From assembly GCA_031411295.1 (NCBI GenBank), contig JANOAV010000157.1, positions 32,001-96,000 on the forward strand: a stretch of DNA of 64,000 nucleotides, in the 5' to 3' direction. The DNA is from Verrucomicrobiales bacterium. Its GTDB lineage: Bacteria; Verrucomicrobiota; Verrucomicrobiia; Verrucomicrobiales; V1-33. Made by a program: the position numbers and the translations under genes. Shown here piece after piece: positions 48,601 to 57,600 of the stretch. Below the pieces are notes generated by a model. The model saw nothing but the letters and a program-made list of their open reading frames with translations. It ran no database searches and had not been told where the DNA came from. Position 1 is the first letter of the stretch. The number at the start of each line of letters is the position of its first letter.

Positions 48601-51600
48601 CAGTGGCCCGCTTGCCGATCCTAAGTGACCTGGCTGGCAAGGACATTACCTTCCTCGATCTCGCGGAAGCCTTTGGTTACCTGGATCCCGGCACCCGCAA
48701 ATTTATCGAACAAATCATCAAGGTGATCGATTTGATCAACTCGATCCCAACGGGCGGCGGCAGCGTCATCATTCCGATTGGCAGCTTCCATCTCGGTCAA
48801 GCCAGCGACGGCAACTACACCAGTGTAAATCCTCTGGGAAGCCTGAGCGTGGAAGATTTGGCCACCCGGATTCAAAATGATCTTGATGCCGCGTCCTCCG
48901 CCAGCCTCACCCAGCAGACGCAAACCGCAGGCTTCGTGGGCGACCAAGGGCTCGGCAGCATGGACAATTTCAAAATTCCATTCCTGCAAAATCCCAGCGA
49001 ACTCTTCGGACTTTTCACTGGCCAAGCGGTGCGTTTGATCGAGTGGCAGATGCCTACCTTCAAATTTGAGTTTACCTACACCCAGAAGATTCCGATCTAC
49101 CCACCACTTTACGCGCAATTCGGCGGCACCATTGGGGCGGAATTCCAGATCGGCTTCGGTTATGACACCAGCGGCATTCAGAAATTTATCGAAGGTGGAG
49201 CCAAGGACGTGGCGCAGATTTTCGATGGCTTCTACATCGCAGACTACGATGCCAACGGTCATGAGCGGCCTGAGGTCACGCTGAAGGGGGAGATCTTTGC
49301 AGGTGTCAGCATCAATCTGGGATTGGTCGAGGTGGGCGTCAACGGCGGCATCAGCGCGGTGATTACTTTTGATTTGAATGACATCACGAAGGACGGTCGG
49401 GTGCATGTCTCTGAACTCATCGCGAACGCGCAACAGGACGTGCGCTGCATCTTCGACATCCATGGCGAACTCCGGCTCTTCCTGGAAGCGTTCTTGAAGG
49501 TCAATCTCTTCTTCTTCAAGATCGACAAGACTTGGCGCTTTGGGGATTTCCTGCTCTTCTCCTTCGACATCACCTGCCCAGTGCCAACCTTGGCCAGCGT
49601 GGATGGCAGTGGCAAACTCACGCTCAACATGGGCACGAATGCCGCTGCTCGTCTGGAAATTGATACTTCTGATGGCGCGGAGACCTTCACCGTGAGTCAC
49701 GTTTCGGGCGACGCCACCAATGAGAAAGTTTCCGTGACCTGGCGCTCTTACTCCCAAGAGTTCGACGGGGTGAAATCCATCTTTGCCAACGCTGGCGCAA
49801 ACAATGACTACCTTGATGTGACGGGCACGCTGGTGCCAGTGGACATCGACATGGGCGCGGGCGACGACACCTTGATCCTCGGTTGGGGCGCTGGTAGCAC
49901 CGCTCGGGGCGGTGCCGGCAACGACAAGATCACGGTGCCAACGGATGACCAAAGCGTGGTCCGCAATACCACCAACACAATTTACGGAGATGACGGCAAC
50001 GATTCCCTGGTCGGTCCAGGAAATGTCAGCATCACGATTTACGGTGGCGGCGGCACGGACGTCGTCACTGGTTCCTCCCAAGCGGACATCTTGGACGGGG
50101 GCGATGGGGCGGATACGATTACCGGTAACGCAGGCGATGACACGATCACCGGTGGAGCCGGGAATGATAAAATTTACGGCAACGATGGCAACGACATCAT
50201 TGATGCCGGTGCTGGCTCGGATTTCGTGGCAGCGGGATCGGGCAATGACAGCATCACGGCGGGCACGGGCGACGACGAAATCTTTGGCGATGACGGCAAC
50301 GACAAAATCGCTGGTGGATCAGGCAACGATAAGCTTTACGGCAACGGTGGTGCTGATTTGATTGTAGGGGATGATTTCAATCTCACGCTCTTCACCTACG
50401 ATCTCAGCACGGCCAATACGGTCGGCGGCACCTACACGATTTCTGCGATCACGGGCACGGGCAATGATTTCATCGTGGGCGGCGGCAGTTTCGATGTGCT
50501 CTTCGGTGGTGATGGCGATGACTTCATCTTCGGCGGCAACTACTTCAGTGGTGGCACAACCCAACTCATTGAAGATGACGACAACGATTTCATGGATGGT
50601 GGCCGGGGCAATGATCAGATGTTTGGTGACGATGCGAATGGCAAGGAAGGCGATCGCGATACCGGCATTTCCATCACCAGCTACGTGTGGCATGATCTGG
50701 ATCTGGATGGCGTCCGGGACAGCACGGAGGCAGGGATCCCCAATGTGACGGTGAATCTTTACAAGGCCAGTGACAATTCCCTCTTCACGACCACCAAGAC
50801 CGACAGCAGCGGGAAGTTTGCCTTGGTTGGGCTGGATCCGCTGGACTACTACATCACCTTCAGCATCCTAACCGGCTACACCCCAACGCTGCAAAACGTG
50901 GGCGATGCGCTGCCGTTCACCGATTTGGATACCGCTGGTGAACTGACGACGGATAGCGATATCGATGCCACTGGCAAAACGTCTGTCTTCCAAATGGACT
51001 ACAACGAAGCTGCGATCAACATTGCGGCTGGATTCACGGGCGTGCCGCAATTGACGGTCACCACCAAAGCCGTGAATGAAGGTGGCAGCGGAAAGCAAAC
51101 GGCGGTGACCTTTACTTACACCTTGAGCGGTCCTTCGTTGTCCAGCATCACGCTAAATTACTCCACACTGGATGGCACCGCTACGAGCGCAGGCAAGGAT
51201 TACACCAAGGTCAACAGCACGGCCCTGACGTTCGCGCCAGGCGAGGTGAGCAAGACGGTCACCATTACGGTTACCGGGGATGACATGTATGAGCTGGACG
51301 AGGATTTCAAACTCGTAACGGTCCCCGCCACGCCCTCCCAACTCTTCGGCTCCCCCGCCAGTGTGGTCACCCAGGCGATCATCGTGAATGATGATGCCCG
51401 CCCGGTCTTTACGATCACGGATGCTTCCCTGACGGAGCCGGGCGTGAATCAGTTGGTGAAGATCAGCATCAAACTAGTGAATCCGAGCTACCAAACGGTC
51501 ACGGTGGGCTATCTCACGACCGATGAATTCGATCCGGTTCTGGGCACGCGCACCGCCCGTTCCGCCACGGCGGGAATTGACTATACGGTGCTCAGTGGAA

Positions 51601-54600
51601 CGGCCACTTTCCTCCCTGGTGATGTCCAGAAGGACATCTACGTGAGGGTGCTGGGCGATTCGGTGGATGAGTATGATGAAACGTTGTTTATCACGCTCTT
51701 CAACCCCACCAACGCCGCCATCAGCGACAGCACGGGCAGCATCGTGATTCTCGACAATGATGTCGCCCCAACGATTACGCTTACGCCCTTCAATCCAGAC
51801 GGTGGTGCTGCTCCGCTGAATTTCCGCACCACGGTGTTCGAAACAGACTTCACTGCCCAAGCGGTGCAGTTCAATGTCACGCTCTCCGGTCTCACGGAAA
51901 AGACGATCACCGTCCGCTATGACACGGCTCGCGGCACGGCCATTTCCGATTCCTTTGATGAACTCAACGAGCCCATCGATTTCACGAACAATGCCACCTC
52001 CTTGGACTTCGCCAGCGCATCCGATAGTGATACCACGCTCACCTTTAGTCCTGGCGGTCCATTGACGCAGGTGCTGACGGTCTGGGTGCAGCCTGACAAC
52101 AAGACGGAAGGCGATGAATTCTTCTACGTAAATCTACTCAACACCGAGAACGCCACGATCTCCAACAATCACGTGATCGTAAAAATCGTCGATGACGACA
52201 GCGGTCCCTCCGGCGTGGGCAGTCCGTTCGATGTGCGTTTCAGCCGTCCTGACTACCATGCTGCAGAAGGCGATGTGGCCACCACGGGTTACGTCACCCT
52301 GGTGCGCTCGCTGACGAGCACCAAAGCCTACACCATCTTGAGCATGGACGGCGGCACGGCCACCTTTACCACCGACTATACCACGAGTGGATCGAATCGT
52401 CAGTTGATCACCTTTGAAGTGGGTGAGGCTGTGAAGCTGGTGCCGATCTATATTGTGGGCGATAACATTCACGAAACGGATGAGACGATTCTCTTCTCGC
52501 TGCGCAAGCCTACGGGCGAGCCAGTGAGAGGTTCCCCTGGCAGCGCCACTTTCACCATTGAAGACGACGACGACGTGGCGGTGCTGGTCAAGGCGATCAC
52601 AACATCAGTGACAGAGGGCGGGGCCTATCAATTTGAAATTCACATCGTCGATTACAACGATCCGCTGCATCCCGACATCGTAACGGAAACCCCGATTTCA
52701 GTAAATTACGGCACCCTCAATCTGACGGCCCTCGCAGGCAGCGACTATGTTTCCACGGCAGGAGTGGCAACGTTCCCGAGCGGAAGTTCGGCTCCGTGGT
52801 TGGTGGGCGCACTGACGATCAACCCAGGCGTGGCGGACCCTGAAGCTACCGAGCTGTTCCGCCTGAGAGTTACCTCTGTCCCTACTGGTGTATTCCTCGC
52901 TCAATCCTTTGCCGATATCAGCATCATCGATAACGATACGACGACGATCAAAGGCTACGTCTTCCATGACAACAACGACAACGGCTACTGGGATCAAGAT
53001 GGTAGCGAGCCAGCCTTCGCAGGAGTCAAGGTGGCCCTCACAGACTCCAGTGGCAGCACCTACAATTTAGTCACGGCGGGCGATGGTAGTTACTCCCAGT
53101 TGGTGCTCTATGGGAACGTGCATGTGGCGGTTGATGGCACGGGCGCGCTCAACCCGATTGAAGGCTATGAAGTTACCACCGACAACGACAACCAAGACGT
53201 GGTCTTTACGGCTGGCTCGGCCCCGCTGACGAACATCGGCTACCTGAAGGGCTTCACTCTAGTATTACCGGAAGCCGCTGAAACCACGGGCCGAGGGGGC
53301 ACAGACGACACGATCTTCGGCGGTCCGGGTGATGATTACATCGATGCGGGTGCAGGTGATGACCACGTGGTCGGTGGTCATTGGCAAACCGCTACCAGCA
53401 ATAATTCTCCCATCAATCAAGGCACTTATGACGCGGTGATCATCGCGAACTTTGGCGCATCAATCACCAACCCGCAAACCGCCCCGATCTGGTCCATCAG
53501 CACGGCAGGCCTGGGTGGCGGGAGCATTTCCGGGCAAATCTGGGTGGACACCAACAACAGCAATGTGCAGGACGAAGGCCTCTACACTGCGGGCGAGGTT
53601 ATGATTACGCTGTTGGATGGGGCTGGTAATGTGGTGAACGTGGTCGCCACGACCACCGGAAGCTATACGTTTACCGGTCTCTATAAGGGCACCTACATTG
53701 TCCAATGGGATCTGCCCAGCGGGCAGCAGTTCGTCACGCCAGGCATCGGCGGACCAGCCGTTAACAGTGACGCGGTCGTAGCTGGGCGCACTGCGAAATT
53801 AACGCTGGCCACGGACACGAGCGTCCTAAATAACATTGATGCCGGACTGGAAGCCAGCGGCACCTTGCCGGTCGCCAGTGGCTCCAGCATTCAGTTCAGT
53901 CAATCCAGTTACCACGCAGTGGAAAGCGCCACGGTGGGAACCCACTCCTTTATCACCATCACCCTGCTCCGCAGCAACGCGGCCACCGTGGAAAATGTCG
54001 CCTGGTTCATGAACGATGGCACTGCGCTGGCGGGCGTTAATTATGTGAAGACTCAGGGCACGGTGAATTTCGCCATTGGCGAAACGCTGAAGTCCTTCGA
54101 GATCGAACTCATCAGCACCGGGCAAAACATTTGTGACGCCAAAGACTTCTCACTCTCCACCCGCAAACCTACTGGGCAGCCGATCCGCGGTGGTGAAACC
54201 ACGATCTACATTCATGGGGTAGCCGCCAGCTCCAACACGGATGACGATACGATCCTGGCGGGTGATGATTGGGATGTCGTGCTGGGCGATTCCGGTTACA
54301 TCGATGCCGATGCCCTGCCGAACACCGCCTCCACCAAGATTCATGACACCGGTGGCCTGGGCTACGATGACATTCACGGAGATGATGGGCCAGACTATAT
54401 CAACGGCCAACTGGGTGATGACATCCTGGCGGGAGACGAAGGGGATGACATTGTGCTCGGCGGGTATGGCGATGATCGTATCGAGGTGACGCTGGATGAT
54501 GATTTGATCTTTGGTGGCAATGGCCGGGACGTCGTGTTCGGCACCTATGACGGACAAGTGATTCAAATCGACGCAGCCAAGATCTGGTTCAGTCTCGATA

Positions 54601-57600
54601 CCACGGTGAATTCGGGTGATAGCGAGTTCACCCTCAATGGCGTCGAAGCGGTGGAACTGTTCGGTGGCGCAGGAGACAATACGTTTATCGTCAACGGTTG
54701 GGCGGGCGAAGCCTTCCTCTTCGGTGGCGATGGCACGGATGCCCTGAAGGTGACCAATGACATGGACATGAAGTTGGCCGATGCCAGCGCGCTCCAGAAA
54801 TTACTCTACGCGCTGTTGAACGGCATGAATGTGGAAGCAAACTTGACGCTGTTGACCACCGGCACGGCGTATCATGTGGGTGAATTTGAAACGGTATCAC
54901 TGGCTGGTGGGGCCAGCGCCAATAGCATCGACGCCAGCGGATATTCCAAAGACGTCACGTTGGAAGGCGCTGGTGGCGATGATACCCTGATTGGTGGCAC
55001 CGGAAAAAATACCTTTGTCTTCGACGTCGATAATGTGCTGGGCACCGACACCGTCACGGGGAATGCCAGCACCGACACACTCGACTTCTCCAGCAGTGCC
55101 TCGGGGGTTACGGTCAATCTAAGCATGGTTGGGCTGACGCAGACGGTGCGCGCAGGCTTCCTCAGTCTGTTCCTAACCGCCACGGATATTGAAAATGTCA
55201 TCGGGAGCTCAACGGTGGATTCGCTGACAGGGAACAGCCTCAACAATACCATCACGGGTGGTGCGGGTGGAGATACCATGGCTGGCGGCACGGGAAATGA
55301 CACCTATATCCTCGATACTGATACCGCCTTGGGGGCGGACGTCATAACCGAACTGCTGGCAGATGCCGGTGAGGATACGCTTGATTTCTCCGGCTCTTCT
55401 TCACTCCAGATTACCTTGGACATGGCGCTGACCACCGCTCAGATCATCAACGCCAACCTCACCATCACGCTCACGGGCGGCGGCTTTGAGAACGCCATCG
55501 GCGGAGACAAAGACGACGACATGAAAGGCAACGCTCTCGCCAACAAACTCTACGGCAACGCTGGCAACGACACGCTCTTCGGAGCCACTGGCGACGATTT
55601 CCTGGATGGCGGCTTGGGCACGGATACGCTGGACGGTGGCGATGGCAGCGACAGCATTAGCGCTGCGGCTGACAGCAACTTCCAACTCACCAACGCGCAA
55701 CTGACACGCAACGGATCGGATGTGGACTACCTGAATCTGATTGAGCGTGCGACGCTGACTGGTGGAGTTTCCAACAATGTCTTCACCCTCACAGGTTGGA
55801 CTGGCAACGCCACCATCGCTGGGGCTGGTGGCACGGATACGTTGATTTACAATGCGGATGTGGACATGATCCTAACGGGTGCAGCGGGCACAGATCTCTT
55901 GAGCTTGAATGGTGGGGCCTATACCTTCAGTCTCACGGGTGTGGAGGCCTATCTCCTCACTGGCGGTGTCAGCAACAACACCCTGAACGCCAATGGTTAC
56001 AACAGTGGGGGTTCGGTAACGCTGGATGGCGCGGCTGGAAATGACACCATCGTTGGCAGCAACGGCTCAGACATTCTCCGTGGTGGCAGCGGCAACGATG
56101 CCATCACAGGTGGAATTGGATTCGACATCATCGACGGTGGCACGGGCACGGATACGTTGGTTGAACTAAATGCATTTTCCTCCAACCTCAGCAACACTAC
56201 GCTAAACATCATCTACAGTCCGCTTCCAGGAGCACCCAGTTATACCGATAGCTTATCCAGCATAGAAGGTCTCAACATTGCTGGCACGGGCGTTAACAAT
56301 TCATTCACTGTCACTGGTTCGCCCGTAGCCACGGTCACACTGAATGCCGGCGGTGGCTTGGGCGATAAGCTGATCGTAAGCACGAGCTACAATGCAACAC
56401 TCACCAACACCTCGCTGGCGCTGAGTAATCTTCCTGGCGTGACGTTTACACTAAGTAATTTTGAACTGGCTGAAATAACTGGCAGCGCTGGCGCCAACGT
56501 CCTCAACGCCGCTGGATTCAGTGGCAGCGTCACCCTCACGGGCGGCAATGGGAACGACACCCTAACCAGCGGCAGTGGAAACGACACGCTTGACGGTGGC
56601 GATGGCAATGACACTTACAAATTCAACACCTCCACTGCTCTGGGCACCGATACCATTGTCGATGCGAGCGGCACGGATACCCTTGATTTCAGCGGCAGCA
56701 GCCTGGGGGTCACGCTGAATCTTACGCTTCTAAGCAACCCGGCCAATGCCAACCTGACCGTCAACTGGGCGGCTGGTGTGAGTTTGGAAAACATCATTGG
56801 CGGTTCCCTCGGGGACACGCTTACGGGAACCTCCGGGGATAATCAGCTAACGGGTGGGGCAGGAAATGATGCCCTCAACGGAGGTGCTGGTAACGACACC
56901 TACTTCTTCAACACCAACACGGCGTTGGGCACTGATACCCTGAACGATACTGCGGGCACAGACACCCTGGATTTCACCGGCAGCACCGGCACCGTTACTG
57001 TCAACTTGGCGAATGCGACAAACATCGTGAACGCCAATCTGACCATCAACTACACCGGGACCTTTGAAAATGTCATCGGTGGTTCCGGTAACGACAGCCT
57101 GACCGGCAACGGCTCTGACAACCAACTGACGGGTGGGGCCGGCACCGACACGCTGGACGGAGCCGCAGGCAATGATACTTACCTTTTCGATACCGACACT
57201 GCCTTGGGCACAGATACCATTGTGGATATTAGCGGAACCGATACGCTTGACTTCAGCGCCAGCGCGCTGGGCGTGACGATGGATCTGAATACCGCCGCCG
57301 TCTTGGGCTTCGTGACGAATGTAGTCAACGCCAACCTTACCGTGCGCTGGGCCACCGGAGTGACGATGGAAAATCTCACGGGCGGAAGTGGCAACGACAC
57401 CCTGAGCGGGAACAGTTCTGCTAACATCCTCATCGGTGGGGCTGGCAACGACGCACTGAACGGTCGGGGCGGCAACGATACCTACGCCTTCAACACCGAT
57501 ACTGCGCTCGGGACAGACACCATTAGCGATAGCGCGGGCACCGACACGTTCGATTTCTCTGCCAGCACGACAAATGTGAGTGTGAATCTCGAAACCACCG

